DNA of 62,049 bases, filler included. It is 6 parts of 6 records of this genome, joined end to end, with 100 filler letters (N's around TTAATTAATTAA, not from the genome) between each part and the next. Parts side by side here need not be neighbours in the genome. Positions count along the whole stretch, not along the records: positions 1 to 10,474 come from SRR2962707_5178; positions 10,575 to 16,704 come from SRR2962707_5180; 4 more parts are not named here. One strand, written 5' to 3'. The position numbers were made by a program, and so were the translations under genes. Position 1 is the stretch's first letter, and each line of letters begins with the position of its first letter. Shown here one piece after another: positions 1 to 12,087 of this stretch. The notes under the pieces are model-generated. The model did not search any database. It was given only the letters and a program-made list of their open reading frames with translations, and had not been told where the DNA came from.

Positions 1-29
1 AGCAGCAGCAGCAGCAGCAGAAGCAGCAG
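1..29 (+). repeat. (CAG)n trinucleotide repeat encoding poly-Gln in the FAB1 N-terminus
   Basis: agcagcagca... at the window start; in frame with the FYVE exon (QQQQQQKQQ). Confidence 0.85.
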
Positions 30-3000
30 CTCCTGCATGAACGGCTGACGATTGTTGCGTCACAGCAGCCGCAGCAAGACGTTCACGGCTCTGGCAGTTT
101 TGCCACTGCAGGGGCAGCAGCTACTGGCAGTCAAGCAGCACAAGCCACTGCTGGAACCAGCATGTTGCAGAGACGGAGCACACACAGTCGGCTCGAGTAC
201 ACGACGTTTCCGACATACTCGGGAGGCCGGCGAGAGGATGTCGAGGCCATCTCGCGGTCTTGTGAACTTGAGCCGTGGATAACAGAGCAACATTTGACAA
301 GAATCGGCAAGTTAAAGGTTGCGGTGAGCCCACAGCATCGAGTGAGCGATGCTTCTGGCAAGGCGCCTGGGGGCGCAGATGCACAAGGCGCACAAGAGGG
401 CAAAACCGGAGGGAAGGGGCTGCCTGCAGGCAGCGCTGTGCGGACGCATACTTTGGGAATTTCCATGTCCAGCGACAAATGCTCTTTCTGCTTTCGTTGC
501 GACGCACGATTTTCTTTGCTGACACGCCAACATCACTGTCAGCTCTGTGGGAGAGTGTTCTGCAGCACGTGCTGCGCCCGCCACGTCGGCTTGGATATGG
601 CACCGCTGCTACTTGCTCGCGTCCGACGGTCTCAAATCCGTGTGTGTGACGGTTGCTTTGCGCATTTCAAAGACACCGAGGTTTGGTTTTGGACTCTGGT
701 GCACTAAAATTGCTCTGCTGTCATACCGAATTGTATCCCCCGCTTTATGGTGACTCACTGTTTGTGCAACAGAATGGAAAGGGCCTTTTTTTAGCTGGCG
801 ACGGCGTGGAAGCCCTTTTCCATCAAGATGACATTGAAGGAATTGTCCAACATGCTCGGACCGAGATGAATAGAATAAAAGACGACGCTGCCGCCCCGAC
901 ACCTTCCCTGGTGAGTATGCGGGCCTTTGCTCTAGGATAAGAACGCTGTGTTGCATTCTTTGTTTTGGAGTCGGAGCGTTAATATTGAATCCAGTGCATA
1001 TGCGAATGCCCTGTCGGACTCCATCTGTTTTCAGGGTGGTGGCCCTTTTCGAAGTCGTCTCAACAAGATGCGGTTCGCGGGGGGGAGCACCAGTCGTTTG
1101 CTTTCAGCTCCGCTCTCGCGCGAACTATCCTTGCCAAACCACCATGAAACTGCGAGTCATCATTCTCATGAGAATCCAGCCCCCACTTTGCGACGCAACA
1201 ACAGTGCACCAGCAATGGTGTCAGTATCATTTGCCGACGCAAGGTCACGGCTTGATGCGTCCGATGACACTGGAAACGAGGCAGAAACTATGCCTGAATC
1301 GCTTGGGAAAGTGGATGCAGACTCAATCTTGCCACGCCCAATGACGAGGCGATTACTTGCCTCGGCATCTTTTGGTGTGTACCTGAACAAAGTACTCACG
1401 AAAGGTAGGCCACGGTCGTCAGGTTGTGTATCAGGCAAGAACCATCTCGTTTTTTTGGGAAGATGCAAGCATTGATTTTACTGATCTTGTTTTCGCTTTG
1501 CTGCGGCGCCACCTGCTGCTGCGGCATTCAGGTCCCGACATTGACAATCAATTTCGCAGCCGCAGCAATTCTTGCTCTATTCGCTACACGGATTGGGCAT
1601 CCCTTCCACGATTGCCTGTGACTTCTAATTCATCCGCACACAGCACCTATTGCCAATATTTTGACAACGAGAACGATTTAGCCGCTGCAGTGGCCGCTCA
1701 TCTTGGTGCTGATCATGATGTATTTGACGTGTTGGATTTTCGGTACGTATCGAAACTGTTTGTCGCACGGCCGATTGCAGAGCTTGGCTGGTTTTCCGTG
1801 AGGTTTCTCTTTCAACGTTGTTGCAGGCGTTACGTGAGAGTCATTGAGAGTTTTTCGCTGACCTCTGGAGAGTTTCCATCATCCCACAACTTCTCAACGC
1901 CGACGTCGGACCCAGAGGGTGCCTGCGTTTCGTTTTGTTACGACCTCTGGGGCGGCGTTGTTTTCCGAAAGTTTCTTGCTATGCGTACAATGCCTCACGC
2001 CATTAAAAGACCAAGAGTAATGCTTATTGACGGCTCTGCGAATTACATTGCACGCGAAGCTTTTTCGAGAATTGGGCGAGCCGAGCTGCAATGTGAATAT
2101 GCCCAAAAAATATGTGCCAAGGTGGGGGCATGTACATCCACTTGACTTGTGGAGTGGGGTGGGGGGTTGCTCGGTTACGTATTGTCGCAAGCATAATCAC
2201 AATGACGCCGTCACCAGCATCCTTTCGTGCTGTACGCAGGTGCTCGAAGTTGATCCTGATGTCATCGTGTTGTCTGGAAGCATGTGCATTGAAATGCTGG
2301 ACATTTTTCAGCAAGTTGGAGTTGCGGTATTGTTGCAAGTGAAGCGGGCGGAGTTGGAACGGATCTCACGCGTCACTGGCGCCATTATATTTGATTCCAT
2401 TGATTATTTGGAAACAGTTGGCAAAGACTTTTGGGTGCGTCTGGTTCTAAATTTCATGCTTTCCGGTCTTGGCACGCGCCAAGTTTGATTTCGAAGGCCT
2501 TTCTCCCCGCAGGTTGGAGCTCGTGCGTCACAGTTTATTGCCTCGGCGGACTGCGAGTTTAGTGCTAGTGTGAAGCCGGGCGATCGATGCCGAAACAAAA
2601 GCTGCGGGTGCCTGGGAATGGGACGTGGAGGCCACGTGTTCTTTGCGAACGGCTCGAGTAGTCTGTTTTTTACTGCGGTTGCGTCTTCCAAACAAACAGC
2701 AACGCCGCTTGATCTGAGAGCTACCGGTACTCGTGAAGCACCAAAGAGTCCAAAGCAACTGTCAGCGCCGACATCATCGGGTGTGCAAAGTCAACATTTT
2801 CCTGGTGGAACGGATATGCCCGCAGTGCAATTTCCCATGCTCGTGCAGAAAGCTCAGTTTCGGGTGTCTCAAGCAGTGCATTTTGCACAAGTTTATGCTC
2901 GACGGGTTGAGTTTCTTCATGAGTGCCAGCGCCAGGGCGTGTGCCTGGACTTGGACTCTTCACATCGCATGCTCAGGCGACCTGCACTGCCACGTGCGTG

Positions 3001-6000
3001 CCCAACCAATGCACAAAGTCACATGGAACAGGTCCAATTTGATGTGGTGTGGACAGCTTTTGGAGATCGGCTTGCGCTCCCCAACGCTGCTCATAGACAT
3101 GCGAGCCTCGATGCACCATCTTTGACAGGCACTGCTGCATCACCGAGCGGCCACGAGCAAAGCCCGTTGATTGCAGGCAATGGCACCGTAAACCAGCGTT
3201 TGTTTGACACACAAAGAGGGCAGGACGAAATTCAGGTCGAAGTGGACGGGGCCAACCCATCTGCAAATAACGCATGCCGTGCGGCTAACAAGTCCGCCTT
3301 CTCTTCAAATCAGTTCTGTGCGCCAGTGCGAGTTCATGTTGGTTTGTATTCCCCGCAAGACGTAACTCTTGGCGTGTGGTTGCTGCAGGTGCGTTAGTGC
3401 AAATTGACATTTTGATCGAATTGCCTTCCTATGCTGTCGACGCGAGAAAAAAATTCTGCGTAATGCTCAGCAAATGGCACCTATCCCCGAAATGTGTGTA
3501 TCACCACAGGCTTCCACAATGCAAGATACGCATTTGGGAGCTGCCTTTTTGCGGTGGCACCGGCTACAACTTGAACCTAATTTGGCGCATCATGGCATTA
3601 CCTCAAAATTGCTGTCGGCAGCACAACAACATGCCAGAAGTATGGCTCCAGTGTTTGGATTCTCCGCTGCTGCTGCGACAGCTGCTGCAAGCGGCGACGC
3701 AAGTGCGTACCTGCGAAGCTTTGTTCATGGAGACAGGTACATTCATGCATTTGTTGAGTTTAGTGACTCATATTTTGAGCCACTTGGTCAAGCTGTCGAT
3801 GGGCTGGGCGCAAGCACGGGGCACTCCAAACATTGCGGTGCAACACGCAACCCGCTTCAGCGGGCATCACCGCGAGCTCAAGAAGAAAAGCATAAGAGTG
3901 TGGGAACCTCGGGTTCCCCCACCAATTTTCCTTGGCGCGCAGACAGCTATGCTTCGCGTTCGATCCCAATCTTTATGTGGAGCTGGAACACGCAAGAAGA
4001 GCGGCACCAGTTTCAGCAACGGGTATGCCTCTTGCAGCGTGGTCATTGATTTGAGGGTGCCTTATCCGAGTGCTGAGTGTTTGCTGGGACTGGCCTTGAA
4101 TAGGCTATTTCTTCTGCGACTTGGGCATTGAGCTTTGCGGATTTTCTCAATTTTTGCTTCCATTCGCCACTTCTCTGTAACAACGTACTCTTTTTCGGTT
4201 ACAGCAACGCAGTGATCAGATTTGAACTCGAAACTTGCCCAGTGTACACTGTCGAGTCGGTCGCAGCAAACCGTCAGTCTGCTCCAGATCGAACGTGCGA
4301 GAAATGCTAAATCTGAGTCAGCTGATGTGCCATGTATCGCAATATCGCGTTCTGCCGATTCAATGCTGGATGGGGCGCTGCGATTCTAGCAAACTGTAAT
4401 CGTCCTCTCGCCGTATCATTGCCCTGCATTGTTAGGTTTGCTCAAATGGAAATCATATCGGTGCAAAATATGGTCACTCATCACTGTGCACGTGTCAAGC
4501 GAGAACTGCTGAAACTCATTGCACGCCCAGATGCACCCAAAGATGCAGCGCACGCAGTAATGCAAGGGTTTGCCCAACATGTGCGAAACGAGCGAGAGGT
4601 GTGGGTCTGCCGCTGCACCAACGTCGTAAATGGTACAGTCCTGTTCCCGCTTCCCAGTATTCTTCTGTTCCTTATTTTCATTGTCGCGTACAATGTATAG
4701 GCCATGAAAAGCGATATCAACCGACTCCGAGTCCTAGTGCAGTCACAACATTTGCAACTTCGCGTAAACGATCTATGGCTTCGCTGCCACAAAAGGATCC
4801 AGGTTTGGCAAGCAAAGCAGCGTTGCCACGTCAACGTTATTTTTACACAGCGTAATTTTTGCCTTGCCTTGCACTACGTGGCGATTTAGGCATTATACAC
4901 CACACTGCTGAGCCGACTGCAGCGTGGGAGAGTGTTTCTCGAGCATGCGGCCGTGTGGCAAACCCTCGCACAAGGCCCGGGTCGACACATACGAATTTGC
5001 ACGGATCATTGGACCGAAGCGTCGTCCCGCTGTCGCCGCCCAGTGCCACTGGTTGCAGCCTCCGCCAATTTGTTACAACCCGCAGATGAACCATCTCCAT
5101 CGGTGCGTGCCCGACAGTATGGCAGCACAATCAAACAAGGTGAAGGCGCTTCCCGTGCTCATTCACAGAGCATGCAGTCTTTCTCACACCATCCACCTCG
5201 CTCAATGGCGCTTCCCTTTCAAGGCACCACACCAACCAAAGGCAGCCAAATTCAAATCCATGATCAGCGAAGAAGACCAATAGCTGTGTCACTGGGCCCG
5301 CAATTGGCTTCCCATGTTCCTATTCTCTCAAAAACATCAGGTGATGAGGTGGTGGTCGGCGAACATAAACGCAGCGTCGAGTATGCCGTCGCGCAGCTTC
5401 CCCTTGGAGTCGACAATCTCGTTGCCCTGGTTCGGTTTGCAACTGCCGAAGGGTCACAACAAACATTGCCGAACATTACTTCATTGGTCGGGCATTCGTT
5501 GTGTTCCAAACCTTTTAACAAGGCGTTGTACAGCCTTCAAAAAAGTGTTCTGCCGCAAGGATTCCATACTCCCCACCACACGCACCCCGCAAAGGGTGTT
5601 AGCCTCACCAACAGCGAGGTACCAGCCCACGCCCTAAAGACCCCAACGACGCCAGCATTGTTTGTTCCGGGTCGACCGAACGCGTTGCAGCGCGAGGAGC
5701 TGCTTCATATCTTGACCTGTGCCCAAGACACCCACGTTTTGCATTCTTTTGCTGCTGAAGGTCTGTGCTGGTTCATTGTTTGCCTTGCTTTCTGCTGAGC
5801 GATGTATGCATACCAAAGACGATTTCTCACAGACGAAACGACACGTTTTGTACTGGGACAGGAATGCAATTTCACGTGCGAAGTTATTTTGCGCTGCAAT
5901 TTGCAGCGCTGCGCCAGTTGTGCCTTAATGACCCAGACAGTGCACTAACCTATATTGAGTCACTTGCTCGGGGTTCAGACTGGGCAACAAGTGCAGGCAA

Positions 6001-7479
6001 GAGTGGTTCCAGCTTCTTCCGTACTCTTGATGGTCGCTTCATATTCAAGGTGGGAACTCGGTGATCCGAAACCTGCCCTTCCCAATATTGTTGTTAATTG
6101 CTCAGGCAGCCTCGCTGCATACTCCTGACTACATCTCCTGAACCCTACCGTCTGTTGATGTTGCCTTTCCAGGCAATCGGCTCCAAGGAATTCCTCAATT
6201 TCAAGCACAACGCCCTCAACTACTTTAAGCATCTGTCCGGTACTTTTTTACCGGTTGAGCATGTGCACCACACGGCTCAAACACCAAAAAAACTCGTTTA
6301 CTCAGTCGAGGCGTCAATTTTGGTCAAGGTTGTCGGCCTTTATCGTGTTCATGTTGAAGACCCAACAAGAGAAATTACGTACCGCATCGTAGCTATGGAA
6401 AATTTAACATACTCAAAAGGCAGCCCAAATGAAAGCGAACACATTCAGGTGCGCTTTATTAACAAATGACAAATGAGTACAATTTAGACACGCGTTGACG
6501 TATTGCTCGTCGGTGCGTGGCGCTAATCAAACTGTGCTCCTTCGCCAGATATTCGACTTGAAAGGAACATTGGGACCGGCACTGCCAACGAATGCCCCTT
6601 CTGAGCTTTCAAGGCCAGCTTCGTCCGTTGGAGTTTCAACTCTTGGTGGAACCAGCGCCATGGATCTCGCAAACTCAAAGCATACCACAGGCCACCACGA
6701 ATCCGTCCATGGGGAATCCCAGACCAACGCGCCAGCTTCTCTAGGGCATGCAGGAACCATTGGCTTCGATGGAGATTTTATGCATTTCACCCGCGGATTT
6801 CCATTGCTTCTGTCACCATCTTTGCATACGCGTTTACATCATGCCATTTCGCGTGATGTGGAGTTTCTCGTATGTGCATGCCCATGAATTGACGAATTAC
6901 TTACTTGTGCAGACGACCGTTGAATGCATGATTTAGCACTTGATCGCTGTCTTTACTTGCATTGAAGGCACAAACTTGTTCAGTGATGGACTACAGCATC
7001 CTTTTGGTTGTTGACGAACTCCGCAAATCGATTTGCATTGGGATAATCGACTATTTGTAAGCTTGGGCCGCTGCATGTGGCAACACGAGCATTTTGCGTG
7101 CTGTGCAGACAATGGCAACCGCATGTATTCTTTTTTTCTTTCAGAACCAAGTACTCACTCATGTTCCACACATGCCTTGTGTGGTTTTTGCGCTTGATGT
7201 GTATTTTGTTAAAACTTTCCAGATACCCATACGACCTGCTTAAGTTTATGGAAAGTCATGGCAAACGAATGATGAGAGGTGCAGCACCGACAATCGTGCA
7301 TCCTATCAAGTACGCGTCTGTGCAAGCTTGTGCATTTTCATAGTGTGTGTTCCGGTTTTGCAATGGAGCCGCAACCAGAAATTGTGTCCCCGTGCTGTTC
7401 ATGTAGGTATAGCCAACGTTTTCTGAAACGTTTGCAGCGATACTTTCTTCAAGCACCGAAATGCGAAGACCATACTTGA
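3..7479 (+). CDS. FAB1: FAB1/PIKfyve-type phosphatidylinositol-3-phosphate 5-kinase; multi-exon, 5'-partial
   Basis: Domain order across GT-AG-spliced exons: FYVE finger (CFRC..FSLLTRQHHCQLCGRVFCSTC..RVCDGC, ~480-660); CCT/TCP1-like domain (GVVFRKFLAMRTMPHAIKRPRVML; VLLQVKRAELERISRVTGA); PIP kinase domain (YFALQFAALR, AGKSGSSFFRTLDGRFIFK, MENL, IFDLKG, VMDYS, GIIDYL, PTIVHP, YSQRF). Introns read directly: 681-772, 911-1034, 6870-6967, 7057-7222, 7310-7406. Frame is open from base 3. Not all internal exon borders were resolved. Confidence 0.93.
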
Positions 7480-7565
7480 AATATTAGTCAAAACAGTCAA
7501 AACAGATTTCATTACACCACCTCGAATAATTAATTTTACAAAGTGGCGTCTCGTTGCACTACTGC

Positions 7566-10472
7566 TTAAAGGTCGATTGAGCCTTCGTCTTTGCCAGCGT
7601 TGCCCTTGGAAAGTTTTTCTGAACGACCTCCTCCGCCTGCTTCCTCTGCAGTCACAGAGCTCATGCGTGACACCCCAGCAGAGCGGCGTGCGGTCAGGCG
7701 TCTGCGCCGACGGGCAACACGTGCTAAGGTTGGATCAACGCTACTGTCTTCAACACCATTGTCCATGGAGTTCGCCATAGCAAGTTTCGAGCGTAGCTTC
7801 TTGCGTCGAATGCGCGATTTCAGCGCTGCAGCTGCTTTCGAAGGTTTGACTTGGCCGACACGCGCGGCATCGCCATCGTCTTCGGTAGCTTGTGCAGCAG
7901 AGGCCTGGGATCGCAAACGCGAAATTCGTTTTCGACGTGTGCGGGACTCGGGAACCTTAACCGCGTCAACGGCGGTCGGACTAATGACCGAGATACCGTC
8001 ACCAAGGTCAGTCTCATCAACAAGATCCTCGGCCTGCGCTTCGCTCTTGACCCGTTGAACTCTCTGCAGCGATCCGCTCTTCTTTTCCCTGGCGGCCAAT
8101 GCCGTCGGGTCGTCAATATCGTCAGCGCCAGCTGCAGCGACAGTCGCCTTGCGGGCACGTCGAACGCCACGAGCTCGTCTGCTCTGTCCCGATTTGGCAG
8201 TCGCACTTGAGGCACGCCCAGAGGGCGTCATGATCTCGTCAGAACCATCAAGGTCATCGGCCGCGTCGACATCCTCAGCGACGGCCGCGCTGCGAGCACG
8301 TCGACTTGCACGAGCACGAGATCGAGCCCGTGCGCTACCTTTTTGGCTCGGTGAAGATGCAGAGAGAGACCCTGGGTCCTCGATGTCAGCATCGTCAGCA
8401 CGAGCGGCAACCGTGGACGACGTTGCCCGTCCGAGTGGTGCGATACCCATTCGATCAGGGGAAGCTGCGTACGATGCAGATGTGCCCCCGACAAGAATTT
8501 CGGATGTTCCTTGTCCACCACCTCCATTCTTTGCACCGTTTGTACCGTCAGCTTTGTTTGGTGCACCATCACCTGCCGCCTCAGAGAGAGCATCTGCCTC
8601 CCGCGAGCTGCGGCGCTTTGGTGACGAAACAGGCAAAATTTGAGCGCCAGCTGTTGGAGATGCATCCCACGCGGGGTCTCCGTGAACAACGCCGACACGA
8701 CCCTTTCGGCCCTTGCGTTTGCGCCGAACAACTAACACGACCACAATGACAATGACAGCGAGTACGAGCAACGCAATGACAATACCAACGACAATCCACA
8801 GCGAAGAGGCGTTTTCGTCGAGGTCATCAAAGGTGTCACTGAGGCTGGCCGCAACCTTGTTACAGACCCCACTACCGTCAGGATCGTTGACAGTATCGTC
8901 TGGGCATGAATCTACATCATCGCAGATGTCATCGCCGTCGCTGTCATTGTCGACATCGAAGGGACATGAATCGACATCGCCGCAAATACCATCGCCGTCG
9001 CCATCATTATCGCTATCGTATGGGCACGAATCGTTGACAGCACAAAGCTCATCACCATCAGCATCATTTTCAGCATCATTGGGGCAGGTGTCATGGCCAC
9101 ACTCCAAGGCGCAGGCACAGGAGCAAACGGTGCACATATCAACCCCAAGGTCTGCCCCGTCTTCCAAGCAAAGACCATGGTTTCGCTGGCCGCTGGAGTA
9201 TGAGGAGCAGGTTTGTCCAAAGTTGTTTCGAAACTGCGATGAATCACTGCAAAACAACATTGCGCAATTTCCATCTCCGTCCACGTCATTCTCCGTATCG
9301 TACGGGCAGGAATCCACATCGGCACACATGAGGTCACCATCAATATCGTCGAAGGCGTCAAACGCACACTCATCAATATCACCACATATGTTGTCGGAGT
9401 CTTCATCATTGTAGGCGTAGTCTGCACATGAGTCCACGTCTCCGCAAATTCCATCGCCATCACTGTCGTTATTAACATCGAAAGGACATGAGTCTTGATC
9501 TGCGCAAATACCATCACTGTCCGCGTCGTTGTCAAAATCAAGCGGGCAAGGGTCTTGGGAAGCGCACATATTGTCACCATCAATATCATTCTGAGAATCA
9601 TAAGGGCAAGAGTCCGTTGGAACGCACAGCAAGTCACTGTCGGCGTCATTTTCGGGGTCTGTTTCGCACCCAACCTCATCTCCGCCACAAATCCCATCGC
9701 TGTCTTCATCATTTCGGCTGTAAAGTGGGCATGGATCCACGTCCGCGCACAAGTTATCATTGTCTACGTCATTCTCGGTGTCCGTAGGGCAACTATCAAT
9801 GTCACTGCAAATGCCGTCGTTATCTTCGTCATTTTCAGCTGCGTTGGGGCATGGGTCGCTGCATTCTGAACTGCATGAGCAACTGCAGATATTGCACATA
9901 CTGTTTTGAACGCAACTCCCCTTGTAAACCCCTGCAATGTACTGATAGCAAATGTTTGGCTCTGATCCTATGTCACAGTTGGTGATTTGGCAAGTGTTGT
10001 CGCTGTCAGCATCGTCGTTAGAATCAAACGGGCAAGAATCTTCCGAATCGCAGAGCGAGTCTCCGTCGTGGTCATCAATTAGGTCCAGTGGGCAGGAGTC
10101 TTCGTTGTCACACACACTGTCGCCATCTTGATCATCGTTTGCGTCAAAAGGGCACGAATCAGAGTCACGGCATTTCCCGTCACCGTCGGCGTCGTTTTCA
10201 GGGTCTAACGGGCAAGAGTCAGCATCGGCACACACATTGTCGCTGTCGGCATCATCATCGGTATCATACGGACAGCTGTCAGCAGGTGCACACTTTCCGT
10301 CGCCATCAGCATCGTTCTCAGCATCGTTCTCGCAGCCCGCCTTCTCGTTGTTAGCACACGTTTGGTCGGCGTCGGCGTCATTTTCGGCATCGTACGGACA
10401 AGGATCACTGTTTCCGCACAGCGCATCCCCATCACTGTCATTTTCTGCATCGTAAGGGCAAGAATCCACGGT
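7566..10472 (-). CDS. Type-I membrane protein with 22 thrombospondin type-3-like (Asp-rich, putative Ca2+-binding) repeats; 5'-partial
   Basis: ~20-aa units DSCPxDxxNDxDxDxxC; hydrophobic helix LWIVVGIVIALLVLAVIVIVVVLVV (8727-8801) followed by RRKRK; long low-complexity tail. Frame is open to the contig edge. Confidence 0.85.
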   Translation of the reverse strand, partial: TVDSCPYDAENDSDGDALCGNSDPCPYDAENDADADQTCANNEKAGCENDAENDADGDGKCAPADSCPYDTDDDADSDNVCADADSCPLDPENDADGDGKCRDSDSCPFDANDDQDGDSVCDNEDSCPLDLIDDHDGDSLCDSEDSCPFDSNDDADSDNTCQITNCDIGSEPNICYQYIAGVYKGSCVQNSMCNICSCSCSSECSDPCPNAAENDEDNDGICSDIDSCPTDTENDVDNDNLCADVDPCPLYSRNDEDSDGICGGDEVGCETDPENDADSDLLCVPTDSCPYDSQNDIDGDNMCASQDPCPLDFDNDADSDGICADQDSCPFDVNNDSDGDGICGDVDSCADYAYNDEDSDNICGDIDECAFDAFDDIDGDLMCADVDSCPYDTENDVDGDGNCAMLFCSDSSQFRNNFGQTCSSYSSGQRNHGLCLEDGADLGVDMCTVCSCACALECGHDTCPNDAENDADGDELCAVNDSCPYDSDNDGDGDGICGDVDSCPFDVDNDSDGDDICDDVDSCPDDTVNDPDGSGVCNKVAASLSDTFDDLDENASSLWIVVGIVIALLVLAVIVIVVVLVVRRKRKGRKGRVGVVHGDPAWDASPTAGAQILPVSSPKRRSSREADALSEAAGDGAPNKADGTNGAKNGGGGQGTSEILVGGTSASYAASPDRMGIAPLGRATSSTVAARADDADIEDPGSLSASSPSQKGSARARSRARASRRARSAAVAEDVDAADDLDGSDEIMTPSGRASSATAKSGQSRRARGVRRARKATVAAAGADDIDDPTALAAREKKSGSLQRVQRVKSEAQAEDLVDETDLGDGISVISPTAVDAVKVPESRTRRKRISRLRSQASAAQATEDDGDAARVGQVKPSKAAAALKSRIRRKKLRSKLAMANSMDNGVEDSSVDPTLARVARRRRRLTARRSAGVSRMSSVTAEEAGGGGRSEKLSKGNAGKDEGSIDL

Positions 10473-10474
10473 TC

Positions 10475-10574
10475 NNNNNNNNNNNNNNNNNNNNNNNNNN
10501 NNNNNNNNNNNNNNNNNNTTAATTAATTAANNNNNNNNNNNNNNNNNNNNNNNNNNNNNNNNNNNNNNNNNNNN
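10475..10574. other. Artificial contig spacer 1
   Basis: 44 N + TTAATTAATTAA (stops in all six frames) + 44 N. Confidence 0.99.
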
Positions 10575-11650
10575 GTGATCAATTGCTCACCATCATTTAA
10601 GCCTTGTGACGCGATGACCATACCATTTTGCTCTCTAACGATATTGAGAGGTTTAAATGACAGCGTTAAATCGTCATTCATTACTACTATTTTACCGTTT
10701 TTCACTAAATGATGCGGAACGATAATCGCATTATCCAATTCACGGCCAGCAATAGTGGCATTGATATAAGAGCCATAACGCAGTGGTTGTTCACTGGCAT
10801 AAGGGGTATTCACTTGCGCAACTAAATAGCTCATACGACTTTTTTGATCGATAACACCTTCACTGCGGACAATCTTAGCCTGCCACGTCGTAGGCTTGCC
10901 AGCAAAGTCAGCACTGAGCGTAACGTTAGCGCCGATACCGCTGTTAGTCAGATATTGTAATTCTTTATCAGCCACTGGCAGGCGAATTTCAGCGACTAAA
11001 GTCGAGCTGAGAGCGCCAAACTGGCTGCCCGGGTTAACCACGCTACCCAAACTAATTACGCGTTCAGAAATAATCGCATCATAAGGCGCTTTAATATACG
11101 TACGTTCTAAATTACGGGTAGCGCGTTTTTCAGCTGCTTGCGCTGCACGATAGCGTGCTAGTTTTTCTGCCAATTGCGGCTTGCGCAAATAGAGTTGTGA
11201 TGGGATCACTTGGTTTGAATCGTCTTTTATACGGTCCCATTCAGCTTGTGCCACATGTGCTTGTGCGCGTTCAATTTCTAGGTCAGAGCTTGCTTGCGCC
11301 AACCCAGCTTGTGCTTCAATTAGTGCCGCTTCATAATCATTTGGATCTATTCGTGCTAGAATATCGCCTTGCTTAACAAAACCACCTTGCACAAATTGCT
11401 CAGATACAAACACTACTTGGCCACTTACTTGCGCAACCAGTGGAGTGTGATCTTTTGCTTTAACAACACCATACGATTTAACATCGAGGGTAATTGCATC
11501 AAGGTGAACTGGGTTAACAGAGACCAATGGGCGTGTATCTTGTGCTGGTTTTTCTTCTGGCGGTTGTTTCATTGCTGAAAACGCAACCGCTAGACCTATA
11601 CCCGCGACTAGCACGGCAATAGGTAAAATGATTTGTTTTTTAGTAGCCAC
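10575..11650 (-). CDS. RND efflux periplasmic adaptor (membrane fusion protein); 3'-truncated
   Basis: N-terminal anchor, LVAQVSGQV..GGFVKQGDILARIDP, coiled hairpin, LERTYIKAPYDAII. Likely GTG start at 11650 (MATKKQIILP). Confidence 0.92.
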
Positions 11651-11776
11651 AGGGCTTTCCTCATAATTAGGTGACATTGTCATTATAATGAAGAAAGTGT
11701 TTACAAGTCGTATGAAGATGTAACAAGTCATTACACAATTAACATATTAATGAAATAGATCACAAAAAGGCAGAGT

Positions 11777-12040
11777 ATGAACACATCAACAATGGCATGT
11801 CGGCTTGGCTGCGGGGCATGTTGTATTGCACCAAGCATTAGCTCACCGATCCCAGGTATGCCGCATGGTAAAAAAGCGGGAGAGCGGTGTATTCAATTAG
11901 ATAACAACAACTTATGTAAATTGTTTGGTGATGAAAGCCGGCCAAAAGTATGTAGTGATTTTAGTGCAACAATTGATGTATGTGGCACCAGCAACGCACA
12001 AGCATTGCAGTTGATCACTGAGCTTGAACAGATGACATAA
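11777..12040 (+). CDS. YkgJ family cysteine-cluster protein
   Basis: CRLGCGACCIAPSISSPIPGMP.GK.AGERCIQL...RPKVC; true start may be 11792. Confidence 0.9.
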   Translation: MNTSTMACRLGCGACCIAPSISSPIPGMPHGKKAGERCIQLDNNNLCKLFGDESRPKVCSDFSATIDVCGTSNAQALQLITELEQMT

Positions 12041-12071
12041 AAAAACCGCATCTTAAAAAAATGCGGTTTTT
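12041..12071. terminator. Bidirectional intrinsic terminator
   Basis: aaaaaccgcat-loop-atgcggttttt between convergent genes. Confidence 0.85.
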
Positions 12072-12087
12072 ATACATATTTTTTTAT

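Noticed and set aside
8856-10466. Possible CRISPR-like periodic array (also 18087-19757)
   Set aside because: The periodicity is at protein level with synonymous variation; there are no identical DNA repeats with unique spacers and no cas genes.
10400-10650. Eukaryote-to-bacterium junctions as horizontal transfer or endosymbiont insertion
   Set aside because: Every junction is the same artificial N-TTAATTAATTAA-N linker, so adjacency carries no biological meaning.
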